NCBI GenBank assembly: GCA_000934665.2
Contig: KZ538813.1
Span: 1-46,542, forward strand
Direction: 5' to 3'
DNA from: Catajapyx aquilonaris
Lineage: Eukaryota
Length of the DNA: 46,542 nucleotides
Shown: piece by piece, positions 34,009 to 46,542 of the stretch
Layout of the letters: the number at the start of each line of letters is the position of its first letter
How positions within the stretch are numbered: position 1 is the first letter of the stretch
Notes under the pieces: generated by a model
The model's input: only the letters and a program-made list of their open reading frames with translations
Database searches by the model: none
What the model was told of the DNA's origin: nothing
Translations under genes and position numbers: made by a program

Positions 34009-36355
34009 AAGGACACAAAGGGGGGGCCAGCTGAATATTAATAAGCTCCCCAGACGCCTTGGTATGCTGCCTTTCACCATTTTACAACCCTCCTTCAAAC
34101 CCTTTTACTTGGGGCAGTATGCTGTGTTTTAAGTTAAAAAAAATTGTTTCAAGGAAATGAAATATGAACCGATATCACTTTCTTGAGCGGATCATCCGGT
34201 GTCTATTTTAGCTCAATGTTTTATGGGGTTATTTTGCGTTTGGATGTTGGGTAGACCATGCGCACGTCACTTGTGGCGCTAAAGTATCTCATTGGGCGGG
34301 CAGCCTGTAATAAATTACTTAACTCCAGACACTTTCAGGGGAACAATCCTCCGGGCCTGGGCCTGCTGTGCTACACCCAGGGTTTTAGGCGTATATACCG
34401 GTGATGGATTAGTAGTGTAAATCAATGTGCGCCTTTTTGCATGAAAAGTAGGATTTCTAGTTGACTGGTTCAAAGCCTGATGGAAAGTTGTGTATATGTA
34501 ACAAACATCCAGGTTGAAATTGTATTATTATGCTCGCAAGTGGATTTAGCGCCAACTGTGCTTTATGCTGGCATAAATTTTGATAACCAGTGATGGTTTG
34601 AAGCCCACCCCTGCTGCCTAGCTCTACAACAAAACATTATGCTCTCTAATTTTAACTGACATTATCATCGTTAGCTTTCTTTTTAGGTTTCGAGCGCGTA
34701 TGATTGTGGCGTGTTGCTATCTCAATATTGTGGGGTCCTGCATTGTTGTTAACTCCCAGTGCGTTAATGTGTACATGGTGCGATATTCCAACACTTAACC
34801 TGAAAGGGCTGCCTGACGTATCCTAAAATCCCGTGTCATTGAAACAGTTTATGCAACGATTCACCTCAAATCGCCGATTTACACTGTAAAACGTTCGTTA
34901 AAAATAATATAGCTGCACTTCTGTATTTAAAAAAAAAACAGCGCCCATTTTTATTGAGCAAAAATATGCGAACTTAATCTATCTGGATAGTTATAGTCGA
35001 ATCATCTGAAAATTTATTCAGCGACTTTTACTTATCCATTATTATAAAAGGCAGCGTTTAAAAAAAATGTTTGTCCATTAGCTAATAAAAACAACAGTTG
35101 CTTATGACCAATGCTGTATATTTCTCACCTGTCAGTTTGTGCGAAACTAGGTTGCAATTGGCAGGCAAAAAGTCAAAAGGGGGGGGGGGTCTTATTGGTA
35201 GGGGCCAANGGGGGGGGGATCTTATTGGTAGGGGCCAAGTCCCCATTGGGCAGATAAAATCGATTTCGGTTTCAACTGTGCCTCAGCATCCCTGCTGGTT
35301 GTGGACCTCTCTGGAGGGCACGTACTCTCTCCAATAATAAAAAAATTTTGTAAAAAAAAGTGTGGAAAAAAAGGAAGGGAGAGGGGGGAAAAACCGCAGT
35401 GGTTAGAAGGGGGAGATGGCATGATAATAGAGTGCAATATTTGTAATAAACTCGCAAATGGTGCGGGCGGACTATTCGATTTTCGGGAATTGCGGCGGGG
35501 AAAGTTTGAGTTGGAAAATGATTGAATTTTGGCCTCTCTCTGGTCGGTGCATATACAGTGTGAGTCAAAAATTATGCAGTTAACACTCTTGTTGTAATAT
35601 ATGACTCACCCAGTTGGCTTCGAGCAAACTATTGGTGCTGTCGTATATCGGAAAATATTTTCTCTCCAAAAAACATTTCTGCAACCAGGAAGCAGGAGAC
35701 GAAAGGCTATCTGTTGCATCTTTTTTTTTTGGTTTGACGCACGTTGGCATGTCAACCGATCGATGGCGACATTCCTGCGGTTAATTTGAATCCAGCTTTA
35801 TTAGAGCTTTAAATATATGTAGAGAGAGCGACGGATTCCATCTTGAGTGATCAATGGAAAAGACGCTTTGGTGGGCTTTGGGAGGGTGTTAGAGAGAGAC
35901 GCAAAATAAATGGTTTTGCCTTCCTGCAAACCACCCCCTTGGTGGAAACCAGGAAGAAAACTCTGCCTTGTAAAAGTCGACGCCCCCTCGAACCCCCCTT
36001 TTTTGGGGTCAGAAAAAAAACATGCATCAAGGGAGACGGTTTACTGGGGAGGTGGGGGAGAAAAGAGGCCCTTCTAGAATTAGGCTGATAAAGGTTCCCC
36101 GTCACCAATCCACTATTTTTCAAAGGGGGGGGGGGGGCTCTCTGTCAGGACCAGGCATATGGTCGAGGAAAAAGAAATACGTCTTTGCCCCAAGATGAAG
36201 GAAACACTTTGAGAAGGAATGCGAAGAGAAGCTGCAACGATAGATGTGTGTGGGTGCAACATATATTAGTGACAAAAAAATGAATTGGATCACCCTGTAG
36301 AAACAACGTCACAATGTATGGGAAAATTAGATTTAATTTATGACTAATATAGTAA

Positions 36356-36405
36356 TCTATATAATTACTGTATATAAAGGAGAGAGTTTGTCTGTATGTA
36401 TGTCA
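36356..36405 (+). mobile_element. Helitron-like 5' terminus fragment
   Basis: a|TCTATATAATTACTGTATATAAAGGAGAGAGTTTGTCTGTATGTATGTC resembles the TC...TATAAA...TTTGT-microsatellite start of arthropod non-autonomous Helitrons. Confidence 0.4.
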
Positions 36406-39400
36406 CTGCTGTACCTAACCCACATTCAGACTACTGAGAGTTTATAATGCAGTTAAAAGTGCAGTTAATAAACTGAAACTCGTAGCTGCTCTGGCCTTAA
36501 ATTGTTTTACATTATTGTTGAAAATTGAATATCATGTAAATTGTCTCCAATTCTAACTAATAGCATCGTAATACTAGAACTTCAAATGCTGTAGCAGCAG
36601 CTGTTAACTTTTAGTGAGAGCCAAAAACCCATTGTTTCCAGGTATACTATAAAGGGCTATACATAGTCAATTCTAGCAGTATGAAGCAATATTTTCCAAT
36701 TAAACGCGGCTACAACTTTGAAGCCAAACCGCGGCTATTTATAACTTACAGCACCCAATATATCATCGGGCTGATAGCTCACGTCACGAACCTAAAAGCA
36801 GCTATAAATCGTTTGCATAACATTCAGCAGAATAACCTGTAACTTTTTGTAGCAAGCACAGCTCTTTCCTTTTCACACACGCACACAAAAATAATAATTA
36901 ATAATCCAGCACCACTAGTGAGCCATAATTTAGCAATCGTGTGAGGTCAAAAAGTCTCCTCGGGCTATTCCATAGCCGTGAGGTTAAAAAACAAGGGGGG
37001 GGGGGGTTGCCAAAAAGCTATTAATGACTAGTGCAAAGCTTTTGGCCGGGTAAAAATGAACAGCTTTATGAGGCCGCATCGTATATACCCCCGGAGCGGA
37101 TTTTGTGAGAGTTTTTGGGAGCTCCCACTTGGCACATGTATATATATATACACACTCGGAAACTACTCTATGACGCTATCCCAGACCCTTATAAATTCTT
37201 ATTTGCTTGCTGGGGGGTCCTGCGGAAATGGCTGCGAGATGGAAGAAGAAGAAGCCATGAGAGTTTCCAAATGTGATAATAGCCAGCCACAATTCTCACT
37301 TCCCCTCAGCACCTAATGTCGCCTCATGTTGCTGTGATAAATTCTTGAACGTGATTAGGCTCTCAAGATGACTGTGCTCTTTTTGAGGGGGGGTTCTTTT
37401 TGTGGACGCGATTCTGCGACTTTACTTTTTAGTTGCAGGTTATTAAACGGCTGCGATGATGGGATTCCGTTTGTGCTAGGAATACGAATTGCACGATTTT
37501 CACCGCAGAATCAGTTTTAAAAAAATTTACAAATAATTACAAATAAAAAATTTTATAGGGAGTGATTTTTTGGAAGCAGAAGCATATTCAGCTCAACGCA
37601 GTTTTATACCGAGAATCCACTGGAGATTCCCTGTAATGAAGTTTCATAAACTAGTTTCCCACACATTCATTAGGGAACGGCGTGACAGAATTGAATAACG
37701 ATTCAGCCGGAATTAAAAACTTTCGGAGAAAAAAAAATCTGCCTTATAATACAATCGGGCCAGCCTTTCAGCCCTTGGTAATGCCTACCTGATTATTATT
37801 GCATAGCCCGCCTATTAAAATATAAATCCCTGTCCTCAGAGAAGCAATGGCGACACTATACTAACTCCGTGCTGAAACAGTGGTTTAAAGTCACCGCAGA
37901 ATTTGTACAGTGCATGTGACTGTAAAATTTTCACACCTTGTACAGCAGACCCGTGTTGTTTGCTTGTTATACGAGGCATTAAAAATGAGAACGCAGCACA
38001 TTTGTATGTGTCACACTCTGAGGAGGTTATCAGCCCAAAGCTTCTCGCAAAAAAAATGTCTCCACTTTATTAACTTCAATTTCCGGAAAATGTGATTTAA
38101 TGGCGTCTAGTATAGTGTGATTACTAATCCGGTTTAATTGTTAGGAGTGTTCTCTCTCTCTCCTACACTCTCCTTTGCGATTTTATCCGGGCTTCTCTCT
38201 CTCTCTCTCTCTTCTGTGTATATAACAACATCACACCGCCCTATAGCGCGCTTTATGAAACAAATTTCGTCTGAGTGGGCGCAACGGAAAATATTCAATT
38301 AGGAAGCAAGGCCCATGAGAGTTGATTAGGAAGTGAGGAACCGTTTCTCCTGGTTTTAGTGCAGGTAAATGTCAGCCCGAATATACGCACTCATTTTGGC
38401 TTGCGGGGAGAATGGGAGCCGGCCATTAGTAGGGCTAGAGACCAGGCAGAAGCAAGCCGAGTAGTATAGTGATATTTCCAGGAAGAAAAGGAGAAGGTAT
38501 ACGTAAATGATGGGAAAACGAGGAAAGAGCTTTTCCCTAGCATCTTCTATCCGCTTGTTTCCAGCAGGTGCGCTGTTTAAACTACCTTCCAGGCATTTTG
38601 CTCACTTGCAGCATTGCGCTAAATTGCAGAGAGTGTCAAGATGACACTTTGCAATCAGCACAAAACGAGCATCACGGTCGTGCTGACATGTCACGCTCTG
38701 TGATCTAAAGAAAAATATGAAATATTCTGATTACATATTTTTTGTTATGTGCCCCCGTGCGATCATACCCACGAAAAACCAACTTTAAATTTCGTATTGT
38801 CTGCAATACACTGGGGTCTGAGAAGGATAAAGCTCTGCACAGTTGATTTAGGCTCGATGCAGGTTGGTGGAATATCCGGCAATCATGATGGGCCATGGTT
38901 TTAATTAAATTATAATGAATTTGGATTTCATGGCAGTTCTTTTTTCAAGTTCCGTTAGGCTATCAATACAGATTGCAAACTAGGCGGTGGATGGCTGGTG
39001 GTTTTATGTTGCGGCAAATTCCGGGCTGCCTCTGCCTCTGACCTGAAAACAAGGGCCCGTGATTGTTTACAGATTTTGCAACGTAAACAGTACGGTAAAT
39101 TAGTTTTTGTTGTTCATGAGGACAGCGAAGGCGACAGAAAATTGAATGTGCTGGGGGTATATTAACGTTTTGCGCATTATGAGGACACATAATTGAAACT
39201 GAACATATACGCGTATACTGTCAATAAATTAAAATCGTGGCAATAAACTGGCAACAAAAGCCAGTTCCCTACAGTTTTTGCCAGTGTTTCATTGCATGGG
39301 TGAATTGCCAAACACAGTGTGTTTCATAATGAGACCAGAAACCTGACTTTGGATTACATGAATCTCTGAGTCGGATACAAATTGTGGAAAGAAACTGTAC

Positions 39401-39984
39401 AAAATTATAAATGCGTTACGAGAATGAATTCAAAGGAGTTGGTTCATTATTCAGCATCGATGTACTCACAGTGTGTAATAAGTGCATTTTTACTTTAAGG
39501 GGATGCATGAGAAAGCTTTTGGCAACAAAAACAATGCAAAATTCTTGGAACATGCAAGAGCAAGATATTATATAGAGAGAGAGTTTCATTACGAGAAACT
39601 AGTTTCAAGAATTAGCTTATTTCAAACCGCTGAAGCTGAGCGTCGCTTGCTAATTTGGAAGCTCAAATAATACGGGGGGCGGTGTAGTAAGCAAGCAAGT
39701 ACTAGTTAATTACGTGAAGCCCTCAGGGCATGAAGCCTCTTCTGGTGGATATAATTTATAGGTACACAAACGCCGAATATTAGTGTAATGTTCTGCATTG
39801 TACCGAGTATTGTGTTTTAATAATTACAATTAAATTCATTAATTAAACTCAGGAGTATAATCTGTGGGATTAGTGGTTTCTCACTGTTTCGGGGCTAGAA
39901 ATACCACACCATTTTCCCCAGCCATTTAAAAATAAATTCCAATTTTGCCTATTTTTGAATAATTTGTCAATATATACTAGGTGC

Positions 39985-40175
39985 ATCAATACCGCATAAA
40001 TTTATTCAGAAAGTGCATAATTTAATTTTATGCACTCGATCTAATCTGCACTTGATGCATTCGGTGCATAAAAATTTATTACAGGAAACGTTTCAAACCC
40101 GAGACAAGTTTTTATGCGCACCTAATTGCATAAAATATGCACTTTCGCTTTACAGTGAATTTATGCAGCTTTGAT
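39985..40175. repeat. AT-rich degenerate foldback element with repeated TGCATAAA/TTTATGCA motifs
   Basis: atcaataccgcataaatttattcagaaagtgcata is the approximate reverse complement of tatgcactttcgctttacagtgaatttatgcagctttgat. Confidence 0.6.
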
Positions 40176-43100
40176 TAAATATTTTACTAATTTATGAAAA
40201 TGAACTCTGATTTATTTTTAAAATTTGATTGTTCGTGCCAATGACATTATTATTTATGTCCTATTATTTAAAGTAATATATTGTCGAATAATTATGCGAA
40301 CGATTTTTATCTAATATTTTTCTTAAACATTGTTCAATCACGGTTGGAAATTTTCACTCAAATTCACTTCTGAACCCCCCCACATCACACTGAGACAATT
40401 CCACTCCGGATTTTCAATGGTCTTGTCCCTCCCCACTCTTATAACTTGCAACTTTGAGGCGCCAAATTTTCGTTCCGACGAGACGTGCCCCCCCCTTCCG
40501 CGCACTTCCAAATTTTATTTTCCCGATACTGCATGAGAGCTCTCGAGAACCTTTCCCTCGTTTTATTTTTTAACTTTTTTTTTTGTAGTCCAAGTTGCAG
40601 AAGTAGTTGAAACCTTTGCCTTGCCCAAGATGTATAGCAAAAGACTTGGCAAAGTTGCAGCCAGCGACCTTGTTGATGGAAAGAAGAGGCAGGCTGGGGG
40701 GAAAAAGGAAAGAAGGCGAGAGAGGAGCAATTAGCCACGTCGTCCCAAAGGCAAGAAGAGGGGGGGGGAGGCCCGCAGCATTAAAATTCAATGGAAGTGA
40801 TCACAGTTGGGCTAGAGAAGCGAATATAGTCGTTCTAGGCAGTGCTGGAAGAGCCTTGCACTCGCTTCAATATTGCCCCCCCTTTTCCTTCCTTGCCATT
40901 TGGCCTCCAATCGAAAACTTCCTTTGCCAAGGAAGTTAAGCAAGTTTTTTTCCCCCCTCCTTCTCCTTCTTCTTCTTCTTCTTCTCCTTCCCGAAATTTC
41001 CTCTTCGTAATGTGTCCAATTCTCCCGCTCCCAAAAGACCTTCCCAATCAAATACTTGCTTTCCTACCAGCCGCTCATAATTTAGAGCCTCGGAAGCTGT
41101 CGTCAGGAATGTGTGTAGACGACGGGAGACACGAAAAGACAAGAAAAAGGAACCAGGAGAGGAAGAAAAAAAATGACTAATTTATTCTTTCTCGTCTGGT
41201 CGACTCTTAACAAGGGATTTAATAAGATGAGAGCCAATCGTGAGAGCCAGCGAGAAGATTGGCGTCGAATAGGGAAGAAAGTAAAAAAAAAAAACTCCAG
41301 CTCTCGGAATGATAGAAAGGAGGGGGAAAAAAATCTTATTACTGGAACGCTTGAAATACTGCCGCAATCTGCGTTTCCAGCAAATAATGCTTCAATGAAC
41401 GTCGCCGAATTGCATTGGAGAAATTTTCTGTCCCGGAAATACATATCCGATGTCAGAGCTAGAGAGGAAAAGGGCGGAATTTGAACCCTTCCAAAAGGCA
41501 TGTGTGCCAACGAAACTTGTCCAATTTCTGAGAGAATTTACAGTGCACCGTGTAATTAGAAAAGTTGCTCTATTACTATAGAGTATTGTACGCTCCATTA
41601 ACTGCACTGTGATATTGTGTAACTTATGAAGTGCTCTACACCTACGCTGGGTAAAATAATGTAAAGAGAAAGGACTGTCAGGGCTGCCTCTCCTGGAGCA
41701 ATAAGTCTTCATTTGCTGCACGTAATTATTCCAATTTGCGAGGTCAAATACCCTGCAGTTTGTATATGGCAGATGGACGTATTGTGCTCTAGCGGACAAA
41801 TATACATTTTCGACAGCTGTACTTGAATATATCACCATCATGATAGTAGCCTACTTCCTATACTTTTTCAGTTTAAAAATAATCATTATACTTTTTTTAA
41901 AGGCAGGTTATAGTGGGAAATATTGTGAATTATTTTTAGCAAGTATTTATTGCTTTAGAGTGTATGTTTTAATTTTTAAAGCACCTATCTTACAGTAGGC
42001 CTACTTTTCGAGTGAATTAACTGAAACTTTGTATATTTTGTTGAGTAATTTTCGCAAACTGCGCGGTGTGCATCGAGGCTAGTTATCTTTTAAACTAATA
42101 AGCTAGCTTAATTGCAGCCCTGCCACAAATGAGCGACACACACTGCACCGCCCCCCAATTATGCAATGATATGATACAATAATGCCAAACCAGTACCTGT
42201 CAGTGATTCAAGCCACTAATCCACACTACGCCCTGGCACTTGCAGCTAATTATGAACCAAGCGCTCACCCTGAGATTGGCTCAATAAACTAGGATCCTGC
42301 TGGGTTTATATGCTGTACACATGTACAAGGTGATCTCTGAAGAAAATATTCACTCTGAAAAATATTCAGATTTTAATTCTCTTGTGCTGTTAATTTCAGC
42401 AGTGAATCACCCTGTTGGATCAAAATCGGTTTGGGTGGTACCAGATTAGTCCTTTTTCGGGTTTCTGACTTGGATGGGGAGGGCTAACTAACTGGATTGG
42501 GACGATTGTGGTCGCGGCAAAGAGAAGTACAAACGGCTGGGGTTGTTTTCCATACTGTCAGCAAAATTGTTTCGCATCATTGAGGATAAAAGATCGCGGT
42601 CCGCGGGATTAAACCTTTTCTGTCTGTGATGTGTGGATGCTGCTCTGCAACATTGGGATCGATTGATGGCTTGGGACTAGGAAGTGCACCAGCCAGTCAG
42701 TCGGTCCAACCTCAGCGTTATTTTTTCCAGCCAGTTCCAATTGCCAGAATGGACCTGCTACAACTTTTTTTTTGCACACACAAAAAAATGAGCGAGGCCT
42801 ATTGAGGCTCAGGAATTCGCGAAAACTTTGTTAAGGCTGCGCGGCACGTACTGGAAAATCGGATCTATCAGGGAAGTAGCTCGCCAACTTTCATTTTTAA
42901 TCTCAGCAACACTGGTCAGGGTTCACTGGATTGCTAGGAAAGCCTATACAAAATGTACTAGCACATAATAATATCCAGTAATTACTGATCAAGCGCACTC
43001 ATTGTCAGCCAATTTCAGCCTAAAGTAAATTTTTCTGAAAATGGCAACCTTTTGCCGGCGTCTGATTGGCCCATATTGAATATCTTTCAAAATGGCAACA

Positions 43101-43438
43101 CTGCATCGGGCATTTTTTTGGAGGGAAGGCTTCTGATTGGCCAGGATAAAGTGAGGGCTCATTATCCGGGGTCGGCCATCTTGTTGGAATGAAAAATTTA
43201 CTGCCTCGTAATACCCATTCCAACCATAATATTCAGTTGACGTAGCGCTATTTTGCACCAGAGGATTGCTTGCAAAAGTGTCGGTTATGATTAGGACCCC
43301 CACCCCCTCCACACCAGGCTTTTCATTTCCTCATGTGACAATCCCCACCCGTGCACTAAAAACCGAGCCTAGGAATATATAACTTATTATCACGCGCACA
43401 TTTTCAGGCTCTTTTATTTTTTTTTTGGGGGGGGGGGG

Positions 43439-43455
43439 NNNNNNNNNNNNNNNNN
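43439..43455. other. Assembly gap (17 N) between a G tract and a C tract
   Basis: Run of N. Confidence 0.99.
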
Positions 43456-46400
43456 CCCCCCCCCCCTCTTTCCCTTTTAAAAGCTCGCACATTACCTCGG
43501 TTGAGTTACGCACCGTGCGATACCCTCATTTTTAATTTCACACCCACCACAGTCTACGACCAAACTCTCACTTTCTGCCCGAAGCGCAATTATTCCAACT
43601 TTCCTTGGGTAGAAATTAAATTACAATTTAGGCCCATATAGGAGCAGATTAGGGAAATGAAGTTTCACACGGTGCAAAGTTGGCGGTGTCGAGCCGAGTG
43701 AGCCTAATGAGATAACAGCTGTGTGTTGGTGACGAGTTATAGCAGGTGCGGTCCTATAGGCGATTAGGCTCCCAGACTTGGTGATAGCCCCAGCCACCGG
43801 TACAGAAACAATGTTCGGACAAGGGCTGCGGCAAGAGGAGAAAATCCAATTTCCCAACCAGTGAGAGACGGAGATTTTGTTGAATAGTATTTTACACACA
43901 AAAAATAGGCCTTTTTATACTTTCATTGATGCATTGTATAGTGGAATGAATGCGATGTGAACTTACTAGCGGTTGTCCTCAGCACGTGCGGTATTTCCCC
44001 TCTCGAAAGGAACCACTCAAAAGGTTTTGCATCGAATTAGCCTCGCACTCGGTCTATAGCAAGAGTAACATTGTAGTAGTCTCGCAGGTGTCTTCAAAAA
44101 GCTCCGAACAATCCGGACAACCCGGTTAAAAAAAAAACTTTTAAAGGCTGGTTGATTGGGTTGGTTGTGGGGGATTCGAAGATCGATACTTTGCCGGAGT
44201 GATGATCGAGGCGGTCCCACACCATTTGTCACGATAGTCTCTGAAAACTTTTTTTTTGTCTAACTGGATTTCACCTAAGGGACACTGGCCTATAGATATT
44301 CATGCCAACTCTATGAATTTGGCGAAATTATGAAGCTACTAATATTAGGTTGCTATCTAATATATGTCTGATTGGGATGTGAGAGTGACTCAAAAATTCA
44401 TCCATAAAAGCCTCAATGCGGGCTGCAAATTAAAAATTTCACATCATAAAATATTAATGCGTAGTTGGTGTGTGGTATGGCCAAATCCTGACCACAATTT
44501 TGGAAAGAGCGTGGGTCTCTCGAGAGGCCTTTTTTTTACAGCTTTGCCCTTTGGCTTGATCAGGTCGGCAGCCGCAGGCATAAATTCTGCTTTGGTCAAG
44601 TAAAATTTTCAAGTCCCTTAATTTTCCGGGCACGCTATCAAAATTTTAGTGCCTACTAAAATTCGACATATCCTTTCTTTAATGAGCTGTGTTGTTAGTT
44701 GCACTCTATTTGTGTTTGACTGTTACGGTCCGCGTTATATGATCCTAGATGGGCGAGTTTGAATTTTTTTTACCACACCTTTATGCCCTTGCTTTATGAT
44801 GGTATGTGTATAGGGAGGGGGGGTTAGGGATGAGAGAGATCCTTTTGATGCGTGGCCTTCCCCAGGAATTCCAGATATTGTCAGCCCAGGTCGCATCCCT
44901 ATTTGCCCAAATTTACTGCGGCTGCTGGCCACCGGCCTTTGAATAGAGCTGGCGATAAATCACGCCCGCAATGTAATAATATGTGCACAAAAAAAGAAGC
45001 ATAAAAAGCGGTGTCCTTAGGTTCCTGACGAAATAATTCAAAGATGCAAGGTTTACAGGTCATATCGTCAGGATATGCTGCTTTGTATTAATTCGCTTCC
45101 GTCATGTCGTGCCTGCATATAATTCATGAATAGGTAGCATACGCCATCTAGTGATTTCCTTCCCAACTTCCCAGTTGTCCGGTACAATATTGTGCGCTTA
45201 ATAATTGTCGCTAATTTTATTAATATTTTCTTTGTAAGTGTGCTTGTAACTACGTGCTGCTGAAAGTAATCTCCCTTTTTTGGAGTCCTCGTTTTAATAA
45301 GGATGTAAATTGGATTAAGCCTTTGACGAAAATCTGAAAGGCCTATATAAAAAAAACTAAGGTGTATGCCGCCTTTTACCAGTCGTCGTCGTCTTTCCGC
45401 AGCTAATTTAACTAACGGCACCTCGAATTTCTGCAGCCTCTCTCCTGACTCCTTGTGTAATTGAACGCCGCAGCAGAAGCACTAAGACTCCAGGCATCTA
45501 GGAGTGAAGTTTCTCTGAGATGATCCAAAAAGGGCTGCGGCCAAGAGCGATATTTTGGAAAGATGAAGATGAAGAAGAAGAAGAAAAAAAACGGAAAAAG
45601 AAAAAGACGTGAAAATTTGCAAGGCCCCCTTGAGTCACTTGAGAGTTAAGGAGTAGAATGGTCAATTTACTCTTCCCTTTGATGTCCTTTCTTCATTAGC
45701 ATCCGGAGAATATCGCTGGCGGAATTATTTAAGATGCAAAGGATATACCGGCAATGTACTTAGTGTCTCGCTTGCTAGATTTTTTTTAACAAATTTTTTT
45801 GGGCGGAAAATTTTGGAAGAGAGAGGGGAATTTAATTGTCATCCTCATTTGTATGTGGACCAACTTTTCAATGTAAATTGTCCCGAAAAACAGGGGGCCA
45901 TGTATTGTCAGGCTGCTGCCTGCAGGCACTATTAATTGGTCGGGATGCTGCTGCTGCTGCCAACTAAACGTACACAAAATGCTCGTAAAACATTTCCAGG
46001 TTCGGTGTCATAATAACAATGAAATTTACGGGATCGTTTTTAATTTCCGTCGGGTTTTGATAGCAACCAAAAAAAAAAAACTGGCGAAATATCTGTGTTG
46101 ATTTTTTTCGACAGAGCGGTTTTTCGCCATCTGGGAGTTAATCAAAACAGAAGCGATAAAAATGTGTTATGCTTTTTTTTTTACAAATTTAATGGATGTC
46201 TCGGTACGCTATTAAATACGAATTTGGTGCAGTTGTTTGGTAGTCGAATGGTTTTTTNATTCAGTTCTCTTCAAAAGATCGATGGATTTGGAAAGTCAAA
46301 TTCGACCTTGGCGTTTCCGAAGCGATGAAAGCGACTTGTGAAGCAGTTGTAGAGCAAAAAGAGATGAAAAAAAAATTTGGGAAGTTCTATCAAGCCGAAT

Positions 46401-46542
46401 AAGCGATGAGCAAGACATGCTTGGATTGCGGTGAGACCGCCTTTAAAAAACCACGTAAACAGTCTGTACTCTTCCTTACTCATTTTTGCTACTGTTTTTG
46501 TTGGTATATGCACCAACCATATTGAGAACACATGCGCCATAA

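Noticed and set aside
35190..35238. 19-bp direct repeat tcttattggtaggggccaa
   Set aside because: The copies flank a single N at 35209 next to G tracts, so this is most likely a contig-overlap artefact.
43421..43466. G tract / C tract inverted arrangement
   Set aside because: It spans an N gap, so the apparent palindrome may be a scaffolding artefact.
16679..46540. Numerous 60-176 aa ORFs, and possible tRNA or miRNA genes, in the distal region
   Set aside because: The ORFs are rich in Phe/Lys/Gly/Pro runs from homopolymers and many start at non-ATG codons. I recognised no complete tRNA cloverleaf or conserved mature miRNA by eye, though a covariance-model scan is needed to exclude them.

Overview
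Eukaryotic, animal (arthropod-like) genomic DNA with short GT-AG introns of 54-100 nt in the coding region. The first ~12 kb is gene-dense. It holds the last two coding exons of an unidentified + strand gene (to 872), then four - strand genes in tandem: a divergent, intron-containing ribosomal protein eS26/RPS26-like gene (2012-2542, missed as a single ORF by the ORF track), malonyl-CoA decarboxylase (2961-5546), a Tctex-type dynein light chain (7861-8356) and Rab39 (10156-11713). Upstream of Rab39 lie a ~770 bp hierarchical tandem array of 11-bp subunits and a ~1.5 kb GC-rich block with a 565-bp-spaced duplication. That block is packed with YY1, E2F, CCAAT and CRE motifs and ends in ACTACT, possibly a Polinton/Maverick terminal remnant. 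From ~14.4 kb to the end there is no credible coding sequence, only MITE and Helitron-like fragments, homopolymer tracts and assembly gaps. The best leads are: (i) the eS26 paralog-like gene with a changed YxxPKxYxK motif, lying 418 nt downstream of the MLYCD stop with no canonical poly(A) signal between them; (ii) MLYCD dual-targeting and alternative-donor features; (iii) the motif-dense repeat block next to the Rab39 promoter. No database searches were run. Gene identities come from recognising the translated sequences, and all exon boundaries were read by eye.
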